A stretch of 34,431 nt of DNA from a virus (Duplodnaviria; Caudoviricetes), in IMG/VR virus record IMGVR_UViG_3300044723_010151, positions 1-34,431 of that record. One strand, given 5' to 3'. A program made the translations under genes and the position numbers. Below are positions 25,801 through 34,213 of this stretch, piece by piece. The notes under the pieces are model-generated. The model saw only the letters and a program-made list of their open reading frames with translations. It searched no databases and had not been told where the DNA came from. Within the stretch, counting starts at the first letter, position 1, and each line of letters opens with the position of its first letter.

Positions 25801-28800
25801 TTTGGATACGAACTAAACGACAAGATTTTAATAAGTGGAACAACATTTAATAATGGCGATAATACTAATGATTTAATACTTACTGTAAGTCAAACAGGAT
25901 TAAATGGTTCTGTTGTAAATGTGAGTGTAGCAGGCACTGCTCCAGATGCAATAGTAACTTACCTTAATCCATCGTATACAACAACCGGTGTTGGCATTTT
26001 AACTTCGTATGATATTACCAGAACTGGCGTTACGTATTCTTTAAATTTCGCCAATACACAAGATTTTGGGCCGGCTGATACTATTACTATCTTAGGAACA
26101 GAGCTAGATGGAGCTGCACCTGCTAATGATTGCGAAATAACAGTTAACACGGTAAATGTAAATGGAGCAATAGAAACTTTTAGTATCGTAGGGACTGCAG
26201 TGAATATAGATTCAGCTGCTGATTTAGCTGGAACAAATTTTGATGGCATTAATGCAACATTTAACATAGAGCTATCAGCAGGAAGTTATGTAAATGCTAC
26301 AGTAAATCAACCCGGTAACAATTTTGCAGTTGGACAAGAAATAATTGTTTCTGGGTCAGATTTACTTGGAACAAGTCCTACAAATGATTTAACATTACAA
26401 GTTGTAAGTGTTAATACCGATTACAGTTTAGCAACTGTATCTGTTTCGCAAGGAATAGCAGCAGGAGGTATAGGATTATTTACAAATGTTAGTCCAACTA
26501 TTGATAATCCATCTGGAAGTAATTCTATTTTTTCTGTTCTTAGATCAGGCCCAACTTATAGTGTTAATGTTATTAATGGAGGAATAGGTTATAGGATTGG
26601 TGACAGATTAATTATTACAGGAAATTTATTAGGTGGAAGTTCGCCGGCAAATGATTTAATTATAAGAATTTTAGAAGACTATGATGGGCAAATTTTAGAT
26701 GATTCAACAAATAGATTTGAACTTATATACGAATCTACAACTACAAGTTTTTTAGTTAATTTTATATCAACTGTAAGAGTAACTGAATTATCTACAGGCG
26801 ATCTTACGCAAGGTACTGAAATAGATTTTACAGCGTTAGCATCTCTTGAAATTAACTTCCAAAATGCACACGGGCTTGTACCCGGAGACACATTTATTGT
26901 GGGGATAAATTCAGATGATGGTGTAAATAATCATCTATTAGCATCGGGATCTTTTTTTGTTTCAGACGTTCCTGAAACAAATCTATTAAGATATCAAGCA
27001 CGTTCAGTAGGTTTTATTGACACAGATATACAAACTATTGAGACCCCTACAACACAATATAATGCAGGTGAGTGGGAATGGTTAGAATCAAATGGATTTA
27101 TAGATGATTCTCCTGTTACGTATATTACTATATTCTGGAATGAAGAAATCATCTATCAAGTAAACAGTTACGACAATCCTATTGAATATAATAATGTTAG
27201 ACTAACAAATCCAGATTCTTACACTTTGCCAGATGGAACAAAGAGGTACGAACGAGACTCGTTGCAAAATAATTTACCACCTACAATTATAAGCTATCAA
27301 GTAACAGAAGTAATAATCACAATAGAAGCACAAGATCCTATTAATGGCGACATTTATCCTCGACCTGATTCATTTTTTATTCATAGACCATATGACGGCG
27401 GTGTACAATTAGGAACTGGTGGTCCGCAACATGGGGCGCAAGCTATTAGACAAAGTAAAAAATATATTAGATACCAATCTGGTAAAGGTATTATGTACAC
27501 AACTGGTGCTTTATTTGCGCCAAGTTATGATTTAAGAAGTGTAACTGCTAATGGTATTGAAGTTAATAGTTTAATAACTATAGTAACCGATGACAACGAT
27601 CACGGCGTGCAAGAAGGTGGCGTGATAAGACTGTTAGGTATAGAAACACCAGGATACAATAGTGGTCCACAAACTGCAGTTCCTCCGGTCTTTGATTACA
27701 CTGTTGTATCAGTTATAGACGAAAGAACCTTCGCAGTAAGATCACAAAGGAGATTAGGATCAACAACAGCTAAATTAGGGTTTGATGCTCAAATGTCTGT
27801 TGTTTCATGGCATGGAGCAACTGTTAGATCTGGAATTTTCGATGATCAAAACGGATTATTTTGGGAATACGATGGAACAAATATTAATGTAGTGCAACGT
27901 ACTGGTACAAAACAAATTTCTGGAACAATTGCAATTGACCAGAATACAAACTTGATGATTGGAACAAATACAAAGTTTAGAGATCAATTAAAAGCAGGCG
28001 ATAGAATTATTTTAAAAGGCATGACTCATGTAGTTACTCATGTTGATAGCAATACAGAATGCACAATTTCCCCTGATTGGCGTGGTGTTGTAAATATCAG
28101 TGGTGCAAAAGCAAATTTGATAGTTGAAAAAAGAGTAAAACAATCTGACTTTAATCAAGATAGATTAGATGGAACAGGACCTAGCGGATATGATATTGAT
28201 ATTGCAAAAATGCAAATGATTGGAATACAATACAGTTGGTACGGAGCTGGATTTATTGATTACATGTTAAGAGGAACAGATGGTAATTTTGTATTTGCCC
28301 ACAGAATGCGAAATTCTAATGTTAACACTGAAGCTTTTATGCGTTCTGGAAATTTACCGGTTAGATACGAAGTGACAAATGAAGGCCCATCTGGAAAACT
28401 TAAAAATAGTATGGATCTTACCCAAACAACATGTACCTTATATGATAGTAGCTTTTTTCCTAATAACGGAGTGATATATATAGATAATGAAGTTATACAA
28501 TTTACTGGTAATGATATAGAAAATAATCAATTAACAGGATTGATTAGAGGATCTTCCTTAACTAATTTTCAAGCAGGTGCAATAAGAAACTATACAGCAG
28601 GACCTGCAGCAAGTCATCAAGCAGACACGGGAATAATTTTAATATCAACAACAATAACGCCGCTTATTAGTCATTGGGGGAGTGCATTTTTGACAGATGG
28701 TGGCTTTGACGAAGATCGTGGATACATTTTTTCATATACTGTTTCTCAACTATCAATTTCAACTACTGCTCAAACAGCATTTTTAATTAGACTTGCACCG

Positions 28801-29829
28801 AGTGTTTCTAATGCGCTAGTTGGTGACTTAGGAGAAAGAGAACTTTTAAATAGAGCACAGCTCTTATTGCAAGGAATCGAAATTACAAGCGATACTGGCT
28901 CAGGAGGTATTGTTATCGATGGAATATTAAACCCGCAAAATTATCCAACAAATCCTTCTGCTATTACTTGGTCTGGTTTATCGAATCAAGCACAAGGAGG
29001 ACAGCCAAGCTTTGCACAAGTTGCTGCTGGAGGAGCAATCGATTGGGGTGGCGGTGCACCTGTAACAGCTACAGCAACTGTAGAATCAAGTATAGATACG
29101 GGTTTTGTATTTAATGGTATTCAAAGAGATAGATATAGCCCACTTCCCTTATTGTTATCAGAGTTTAATAATAATCCTATATTAATAGGATCAATAATAT
29201 ATTCTCAAAACAATGATGTTTTTACAGATGCAGGAGAAACATTCTTTGTAACAAATATTATTCAATTTCCAAATTTTGGGGAAGTTGATATTTATTATAA
29301 TTCTAGTTTAGGAAATCAATCATCTCAAGCTAACACAAATGCAAATACTGATTTTAAATTTATATATGTAGCACCAAGTGGTAAAGTAAGTAAACTACTA
29401 TTTACTAAAAGTTCATGGGAAGCGGCTGGTGCTTCAATTGGTACTCCTGTATCAACAACAGATAGTAATTGGCCAGCAGGAACAGCAGTTTCAAATGTAC
29501 AATTTTTAAAGCACGGACAAGTTGAATTTTATGAAGTATCATTCAACAATACTTCAGTGAACAACATATCGCCAGGCAATACAGTAACATTTGAATTTGG
29601 TGTTGCATCTTATGCTCAGCCTGGAGAAACTGTTTTTTCTTTTATTGCAAATCCTGGAGAAAGATCAGTCCTTGGTCTTGAGGAATTAAAAGAACTTACG
29701 AATACACCGTTAGGTGGTAGAGGTATCTATCCAAACGGACCGGATATTTTAGCCATAAATGTTTATAAAGTAACTGGGTCTGCAGTAAATAGTAACATTA
29801 CATTAAGATGGGGAGAAGCACAAGCTTAA
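22867..29829 (+). CDS. Giant modular virion protein, 2320 aa, with N-terminal CxRD helical repeats and five ~85-aa beta repeats
   Basis: Uninterrupted ORF, Thr/Gly/Asn-rich. Contains ILLITNV....IYNF, DADFEYGLQPTKW, RQSKKYIRYQSGKG and YSWYGAG...GNLPVRYE blocks of the kind seen in T4-like virion proteins. Confidence 0.8.
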   Translation: MAKTIIKNYVFKPGIGYLDNKLPNAWNLFLLNKDFILSEILSYINQEIADVEKCQRDINYIIEGAANDAALNTNYNARFLGYTEVNSLDLSNTVIRTINRARNAILNLNVTSSSNLAVNNINAFFDQLIEIINDGRDAAQPIFITPGVTTPVNSTAAKDQLLNNIDFIVAEINAYVAFTYPNADHNVDKCSRDIKYAIEALAYDILYGGNAATYDQSKFFFYNTNENFPGIDPTHRIQTVSAYQHFQTIIQDIVQGIGVTPSDGNLAEQNVSGNVATASEASVLNALVEITINVLSAETSAEANQVLSNISRTPPVVTLWAIAELQDVYLEIIDNQEDIVTAITWPSNYTYNAEKCTRDANYVLDAYLYDLRYGGNEQTLETVKYYWDEDVAQVDGTRLPEIDTHAFIGELLNDFILLNIEFPRLGTVPQSIDLSYTSENDAFTRISTLTNTTVAIIENGLASAPTKEYNDVGTVKFTGMYNLEEILLITNVSKNEIIYNFGTSVAGGTLRKSKNYDRDFPAFNQTTDFVLTLTLNYNTESHTADDDLQLFVEQVENGKSILTTRPYNFGTDAIERNRVANPLSMLDADFEYGLQPTKWAAIGTLRGYPSIYEIPGTDTPVQNITTDASAGTFGIGQSLITVTTVGPHQLYPGDPFTIKALEDSIAGAARAEGSFTVVTTPSSSSFTYYAKAKVGTVNGQVIATSYTQLRKAGFYSGSNIGNATFDILSQGADATITLELDLLAGNNLIPFDGVAPDIGSPTDSVTVTDFPTGTQVTSVQATSAGGGTYISAQADGDWPAGSDFIEVIDATGIIEDLAIDRGDGTATFVESIVGNRLFLTNPLTSTLIGYTTLYENISAQNEISSGANALFDITATGANYSVTIVATGQDYGAGNRLFVPGNQLGGLINVHDLLINVETVVGNGSIDTISISGTAFDGNATIENVVGIVENNSGSGAIFDVSYADNIYSVSVSSPDVSFGYELNDKILISGTTFNNGDNTNDLILTVSQTGLNGSVVNVSVAGTAPDAIVTYLNPSYTTTGVGILTSYDITRTGVTYSLNFANTQDFGPADTITILGTELDGAAPANDCEITVNTVNVNGAIETFSIVGTAVNIDSAADLAGTNFDGINATFNIELSAGSYVNATVNQPGNNFAVGQEIIVSGSDLLGTSPTNDLTLQVVSVNTDYSLATVSVSQGIAAGGIGLFTNVSPTIDNPSGSNSIFSVLRSGPTYSVNVINGGIGYRIGDRLIITGNLLGGSSPANDLIIRILEDYDGQILDDSTNRFELIYESTTTSFLVNFISTVRVTELSTGDLTQGTEIDFTALASLEINFQNAHGLVPGDTFIVGINSDDGVNNHLLASGSFFVSDVPETNLLRYQARSVGFIDTDIQTIETPTTQYNAGEWEWLESNGFIDDSPVTYITIFWNEEIIYQVNSYDNPIEYNNVRLTNPDSYTLPDGTKRYERDSLQNNLPPTIISYQVTEVIITIEAQDPINGDIYPRPDSFFIHRPYDGGVQLGTGGPQHGAQAIRQSKKYIRYQSGKGIMYTTGALFAPSYDLRSVTANGIEVNSLITIVTDDNDHGVQEGGVIRLLGIETPGYNSGPQTAVPPVFDYTVVSVIDERTFAVRSQRRLGSTTAKLGFDAQMSVVSWHGATVRSGIFDDQNGLFWEYDGTNINVVQRTGTKQISGTIAIDQNTNLMIGTNTKFRDQLKAGDRIILKGMTHVVTHVDSNTECTISPDWRGVVNISGAKANLIVEKRVKQSDFNQDRLDGTGPSGYDIDIAKMQMIGIQYSWYGAGFIDYMLRGTDGNFVFAHRMRNSNVNTEAFMRSGNLPVRYEVTNEGPSGKLKNSMDLTQTTCTLYDSSFFPNNGVIYIDNEVIQFTGNDIENNQLTGLIRGSSLTNFQAGAIRNYTAGPAASHQADTGIILISTTITPLISHWGSAFLTDGGFDEDRGYIFSYTVSQLSISTTAQTAFLIRLAPSVSNALVGDLGERELLNRAQLLLQGIEITSDTGSGGIVIDGILNPQNYPTNPSAITWSGLSNQAQGGQPSFAQVAAGGAIDWGGGAPVTATATVESSIDTGFVFNGIQRDRYSPLPLLLSEFNNNPILIGSIIYSQNNDVFTDAGETFFVTNIIQFPNFGEVDIYYNSSLGNQSSQANTNANTDFKFIYVAPSGKVSKLLFTKSSWEAAGASIGTPVSTTDSNWPAGTAVSNVQFLKHGQVEFYEVSFNNTSVNNISPGNTVTFEFGVASYAQPGETVFSFIANPGERSVLGLEELKELTNTPLGGRGIYPNGPDILAINVYKVTGSAVNSNITLRWGEAQA
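25459..26670 (+). repeat. Five tandem ~85-aa repeats G.NA.F.V.....Y.V.....G..Y..G..I.I.G..L.G..P.NDL.I.V, protein-level
   Basis: Units start SGANALFDI, SGSGAIFDV, VGILTSYDI, DGINATFNI, SGSNSIFSV and end HDLLINV, NDLILTV, NDCEITV, NDLTLQV, NDLIIRI. Confidence 0.75.
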
Positions 29830-29833
29830 AATT

Positions 29834-30136
29834 ATGCCAATTTACAATTTTGAATGCAATAATTGCACTACTAATTTTTTATCATTACAAAATATTAACG
29901 AAGAACCCAATGAGTGTCCAGAATGTTTAGAAAGCAAAGGGTTTAAAAAATTAGTATCGGCTCCTGTAATTAGAACAGCAGGTAAGAAAAGTATGAGTGT
30001 AAAACAGACAACAAGTGAATATTTTGGACCTATGGGTCCGATTAAAAAAGAAGAATATTTTCCAGAAGAAGTTAAGAGGAAAACCGACGAAGAGCGTAAA
30101 AAAAGAGAAGGAAAAGGATCAAGTATTATAGTTTAA
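29834..30136 (+). CDS. FmdB-family zinc ribbon protein (CxxC...CxxC), 100 aa
   Basis: MPIYNFECNNC...F..LQ.I.E....CPEC......KKLVSAP is the canonical FmdB pattern. Confidence 0.85.
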   Translation: MPIYNFECNNCTTNFLSLQNINEEPNECPECLESKGFKKLVSAPVIRTAGKKSMSVKQTTSEYFGPMGPIKKEEYFPEEVKRKTDEERKKREGKGSSIIV

Positions 30137-30726
30137 TTCAAAGCATTAGCAAAATCATATAAGCTATCAAAGGTATAGATTTTTTGCAATAAATTTTTGT
30201 TCAATCCTCTTTGTAAATTATTAATAGTTTTTTGTCCTTGTGCATTTTTTATTATTATTGGGCGAGATCCAATCTTTAATGCGGCTTTTATATCCTCTAG
30301 CTTTGTACCAATATAAAAGCTATTTTTAAAAGAGATATAAGGATGCTCTGTTTCACATCTTTTAAACATTCCAATATTTGGTTTGGCATAATAATCATTT
30401 TTTTTAGCACTTGCACTATAATATAATGCATCAATTGATGGACAACCATATTGTCCTAATAATGAAAGCATGTAACTATTAACTGCTTCTACGTCGTCAA
30501 TAGTTAATAGTCCTTTCTCAATGCCTCCTTGATTCGAAAGGATTACAATAGGAAATCCTTTTTGCTTTAATTTTGTTATGGCCTCTAAACTTTTTGGTAT
30601 ACTTTTAAAATCCTTGGGATGGCGGATCCAGCCGTTACATTCATTTATTACACCATCTCTTTCTAATCCTATTACACACTTAGCATTATTATTAAAAGAT
30701 TCGTTATCTCCCCAATATATTTTCAT
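30133..30726 (-). CDS. GmhB/histidinol-phosphatase-like HAD (IIIA) protein with degenerate active site, 197 aa
   Basis: GLERDGVINE (compare FLDRDGVIN), SNQGGI.KG, KPNIGMF, YIGTKLEDIKAA.KIG.RPI. Confidence 0.8.
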   Translation of the reverse strand: MKIYWGDNESFNNNAKCVIGLERDGVINECNGWIRHPKDFKSIPKSLEAITKLKQKGFPIVILSNQGGIEKGLLTIDDVEAVNSYMLSLLGQYGCPSIDALYYSASAKKNDYYAKPNIGMFKRCETEHPYISFKNSFYIGTKLEDIKAALKIGSRPIIIKNAQGQKTINNLQRGLNKNLLQKIYTFDSLYDFANALN

Positions 30727-30727
30727 A

Positions 30728-31075
30728 TTAATTTGTAATTATAAAATTATCTTTTTCAGTTTCTCCTGAAGAAACTTCTGCTAAACTTCCGCCCTCCTGC
30801 AAACAAGTAATCTGATATGGGACTAATTTAGGTATTGTAAATGTGTTTCCGTCTTGTAATTCTTGAGATTTTAGTTCGCCTGATGTAGTATCAATTATTT
30901 GCAACAAAAAATTTCCTGAATTGATAAAAAAACTTTTATCAGTATCTTTATGGAAAATTAATTTAGTTTTTGCTTTTTGTCTTGAAAAAACATGAATCTT
31001 TGCTGAATAATTATCAAAATTTGCCCAATGCAAAAAGTATCCATAATCAGTTTCTTTTACATTTTCATTTGACAT
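30728..31075 (-). CDS. Cupin-fold protein (mannose-6-phosphate isomerase / sugar isomerase-like), degenerate, 115 aa
   Basis: YG....W.N.DNYSAKI..F......LIFHKDTDKSFFINSG.F...L.DG.TF.IP.L.PYQI.CL......EVSS follows the phage cupin layout. Confidence 0.65.
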   Translation of the reverse strand: MSNENVKETDYGYFLHWANFDNYSAKIHVFSRQKAKTKLIFHKDTDKSFFINSGNFLLQIIDTTSGELKSQELQDGNTFTIPKLVPYQITCLQEGGSLAEVSSGETEKDNFIITN

Positions 31076-31082
31076 ATTACCT

Positions 31083-31514
31083 TTATTCTAACTCATTTAT
31101 GTATTTGAGAATTGTTTCAATTTTTATTTGATTAATTTTATTGTTTAATGTATTTTTTAGTCCATGATGTAAGGGCCTTGGCCATTTTCCTAATGATACC
31201 CAAGCATACCCATTGTGTTCACAATTTAATATAGGAGAAAATTCTTTTTCTACTAAACAAAGATAAGTGTGGAATAAAAAATGGTCATCTTTACTAACAA
31301 AAGTTTCTAAAGGTATAATTTTTTTTATATTAATTTCACCTACTTCTTCTTGAACTTCTCTAAAAAGCCCATTAGTCGGTGTTTCAAATTTTTCATTTGT
31401 TCCACCAACTAATCCCCAAAAATTAGAATACTTACCTTTTGCTCTGTGTAAAAATAAGAATCTTTTGTAATCTAAAGAATAAAACAAAGCGCCACTGCAA
31501 ACTATTTCTTTCAT
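31083..31514 (-). CDS. Nudix hydrolase, 143 aa
   Basis: Intact Nudix box G-TNEKF-E-TPTNGLF-REVQEEVG (Gx5Ex7REUxEExG), followed by LN.EH.GYAW and PLH.G. Confidence 0.9.
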   Translation of the reverse strand: MKEIVCSGALFYSLDYKRFLFLHRAKGKYSNFWGLVGGTNEKFETPTNGLFREVQEEVGEINIKKIIPLETFVSKDDHFLFHTYLCLVEKEFSPILNCEHNGYAWVSLGKWPRPLHHGLKNTLNNKINQIKIETILKYINELE

Positions 31515-31519
31515 GTAAA

Positions 31520-31527
31520 TAGTTATC
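31520..31527 (-). promoter_or_regulatory. Possible late promoter variant (GATAACTA) 5 nt before the Nudix ATG
   Basis: The minus strand reads TAA-GATAACTA-TTTAC-ATG, with no SD. Confidence 0.45.
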
Positions 31528-32994
31528 TTAAAAATTTATACGCCATGCTCCATGTGGATATTCTCCTTCAAAACTTAAAATCCACTCTCCGTTAATAAAT
31601 TTATATTGTATGCCTGTGTTTAGATTTGTTGTGTAAACAATATCAGTTCCATTAGTGCTTGCATCAAAAACAATTGTCCAATTATTACCATCCCACTCAA
31701 TAATATCATTGGCTTCTGCTGTAAAATCACTACCATTGTTATTTTTCCATGCATCTGCACCATCTGAATTATTTAAAGAACCTATATTTTCATTTAATAA
31801 TAAAAGTCGCAAACCAGTTGATTTTAAATTACTAGGATTTGTTTTTAACGGATCAATAATATAATCTATTTTTGTTTTACTACCGGTTGGACCAATAAAA
31901 ATTGTATCACTTGGCAGTGTATCAATATCCCAATTAACACTCATTATAAAATCATCTAATGGGTTAAAAGATAAATTTCCAACAATATCACTATCTAAAT
32001 CATTTCTATATAAATGTATTTCTGAAAGACCAGGATTAAATATGTCTGGATATGCGTTTAAGTATTCTTTCCATGTAACTATTTTAGCCGAAGCAGTATT
32101 TGGTATTAATTTTAATGTATTATTAATTACTAGTAAATCATAATCTTTATAAGTGGTTGCAATAACAGCATCGGTATCGGGTCGACTTGCAATTAAATCT
32201 CCAAATTCATTTTGCGATGTTTCATTATCATTAGTTGTAGGCAAATGTTTTGCATCAGATTTGTACCTACTGTCGGCATATGCTAATAATTCTGGCATAG
32301 TTTGTTGTAGATCCACATTGCCATAAGACTCATTAAAAATACTTGTTATGATTGTATGTATAATACCAAGTTTTTTAACTTTAGCAGGAGCTGAAATGTA
32401 TATAGGCGTACTAAAACCTAAGGTTGCAATATCTATTTCACTTTCTGTACTTGTTCCTATACTTCTACTACTAAAAGTTATATTTTCTAAATTTACTACA
32501 CTTAAACTAGTCCAATCTACAAAATTATCTGTTGTTTGTATTTCTAAACTTGGATTAAACAACATAAGAATTTGTTCTAAAATTTGTAATTTTTGATCTG
32601 TATTTGTTGACCAAATATCTGCATTAACTGATAAATTATATGGAGTTGGCATTAATCTTTCAACTGTATAATTTTTACCTTGCATGTTTAGATATTCTTC
32701 GTTGTTAGCATCATATGCCCGCTCTCTAATATTAACCTTACTTACAAAACTACTGTCAGATAATCTAGACCTATCTAATTCTAACCCAGTTATGTATACT
32801 GAAATCTTTGGTGCTCCTATTAATTTTAATTCTGAATTATCTTTTAGTATAGATCCAACTTGCCGAGCTAAATCTCCATACACAACAGGAATAGTTTTAA
32901 TATTTCCTTCAATATCTTTATGACTAAAATTACTCAACATTCTGACAATTTGAGTTATGTATCTTCTGATTTGACCATCATAAAAATGTTGCAT
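31528..32994 (-). CDS. gp15: T4 gp15-like tail sheath stabilizer / tail terminator with C-terminal extension, 488 aa
   Basis: FYD.QIRRY......F, IPVVYG, P.ISV.ITGLE.D..R, MPTPYNL....IW..NTDQKLQILEQIL.LFNP. It lies next to the gp14- and gp13-like genes. Confidence 0.8.
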   Translation of the reverse strand: MQHFYDGQIRRYITQIVRMLSNFSHKDIEGNIKTIPVVYGDLARQVGSILKDNSELKLIGAPKISVYITGLELDRSRLSDSSFVSKVNIRERAYDANNEEYLNMQGKNYTVERLMPTPYNLSVNADIWSTNTDQKLQILEQILMLFNPSLEIQTTDNFVDWTSLSVVNLENITFSSRSIGTSTESEIDIATLGFSTPIYISAPAKVKKLGIIHTIITSIFNESYGNVDLQQTMPELLAYADSRYKSDAKHLPTTNDNETSQNEFGDLIASRPDTDAVIATTYKDYDLLVINNTLKLIPNTASAKIVTWKEYLNAYPDIFNPGLSEIHLYRNDLDSDIVGNLSFNPLDDFIMSVNWDIDTLPSDTIFIGPTGSKTKIDYIIDPLKTNPSNLKSTGLRLLLLNENIGSLNNSDGADAWKNNNGSDFTAEANDIIEWDGNNWTIVFDASTNGTDIVYTTNLNTGIQYKFINGEWILSFEGEYPHGAWRINF

Positions 32995-33002
32995 TATTCA
33001 CC

Positions 33003-34169
33003 TTACACATTATCGGTTTTAGCCTTAAGAGCTTTACTTACACTCTGTCTTTCAGGCACAGACTCACCAGCGACAGTTGTAATATTTGTATTGTTAATAA
33101 ACGTACCTTTTTGCGTACTTCTATCATTAGTTTGAGTCATTGTCATACGAACATTATCTTCCATCTTAATCCAGCGTCTTCCGTCATATCTAAATAATCT
33201 ATTTGGAATCATATCTGTCCTTAAAAAATAATCTCCTTTTACACTACCTTCAGGAAAAAGAGTACCATGACCAAAAATTTCGCCATTAGGGGCTATTCCA
33301 TCACCAAGTAAGTACCCTGTATATCCTGTCCTTTCTGGAGTTTGCATAACTCTATCTGCTAATTCATTTGCCACGCTCGCATCTAAGTCTGTTAAATCAG
33401 CTGTAACTAACTCTACCCTACCTTCGTCATTTGTTTGCAATGTAAAATAATGTCCAGTTTCGTAACCACTTTTCTTTGCATCAGCTTCTGCTTGTGCAAT
33501 CACTGCATTATTAACTTGCATGTCTTTTTCATATGTTGATAATAAGTCTCGTAGACTACCTGCAGCAGGAACTTCTTCGTCCATTGGTAGATCAAGAATT
33601 TCTTTAAATTCTTGACTATCTACTATCTGCTTGCATTTTAATCTATACAAATGAGGATACCATGTTGGACTGTATCCTTCTGCTGCTCTACTTACTTCTT
33701 CAACAACATAATAACTCTTGAGTGCAACATGAAAATCATTTGCAGCGTATTCATCCTTCATGTGTGGTAATTCAATAACATCTCCGCTCATTATTTTGCG
33801 ACCTATTGTTTTTACCGAACTATTAATATGAATAGTCATAAAAAGAGTGTCGTTATTCAAAAATAATCCAAATTGACTTAAATTAAAATCAATATCTTGA
33901 ACGCTATAAATTCCTCTAATTGTATAGACATCCGGATCGTATTTCCTATCTCTATTTTCTAAAAATAGCAAATCTTGTATGTTTGTTTCAGTTATAGCAT
34001 CATAGTGAGGAATGTCTGCAGTTGCATCTTCCTCAGTTGGATTTTTTGGTCCTAAATATTTGTGGATATTTACATCTGTTCCTCCAACAGTAAACATTTC
34101 AAATATTCGTGCATCTATAAAATTGTAATCATTCCCTTTACTGGGTTTATATAAAGATATTCTAGGCAT
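33003..34169 (-). CDS. gp14: T4 gp14-like neck / head completion protein, 388 aa
   Basis: GG.DV.IHKYLG, DLLFLENRDRKY, LSQFGLFL.ND.LF..IH, GR....GDVIELPH, YVVEEV, WYPHLYRLKC are gp14-like motifs. Confidence 0.75.
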   Translation of the reverse strand: MPRISLYKPSKGNDYNFIDARIFEMFTVGGTDVNIHKYLGPKNPTEEDATADIPHYDAITETNIQDLLFLENRDRKYDPDVYTIRGIYSVQDIDFNLSQFGLFLNNDTLFMTIHINSSVKTIGRKIMSGDVIELPHMKDEYAANDFHVALKSYYVVEEVSRAAEGYSPTWYPHLYRLKCKQIVDSQEFKEILDLPMDEEVPAAGSLRDLLSTYEKDMQVNNAVIAQAEADAKKSGYETGHYFTLQTNDEGRVELVTADLTDLDASVANELADRVMQTPERTGYTGYLLGDGIAPNGEIFGHGTLFPEGSVKGDYFLRTDMIPNRLFRYDGRRWIKMEDNVRMTMTQTNDRSTQKGTFINNTNITTVAGESVPERQSVSKALKAKTDNV

Positions 34170-34199
34170 ATAGTATTTATCGAGTCGATAAATACTATA
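34169..34199. promoter_or_regulatory. Perfect 15-bp inverted repeat containing back-to-back divergent late promoters (GATAAATA at 34174-34181 minus and 34187-34194 plus)
   Basis: TATAGTATTTATCGA-G-TCGATAAATACTATA, read directly from the sequence. Confidence 0.8.
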
Positions 34200-34213
34200 G
34201 GAGACATAAAAAT

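Noticed and set aside
6241-26710. Scattered DSS/DST motifs (ADSST, EDSS, DDSSG, DDST) as possible O-glycosylation sequons
   Set aside because: Too few and too low in complexity to separate from chance in Ser/Thr/Asp-rich proteins without a statistical test.
606-33135. Numerous 60-141 aa antisense or off-frame ORFs nested in long genes
   Set aside because: They lie almost entirely inside well-supported CDSs, show antisense-type composition and have no expression signals.
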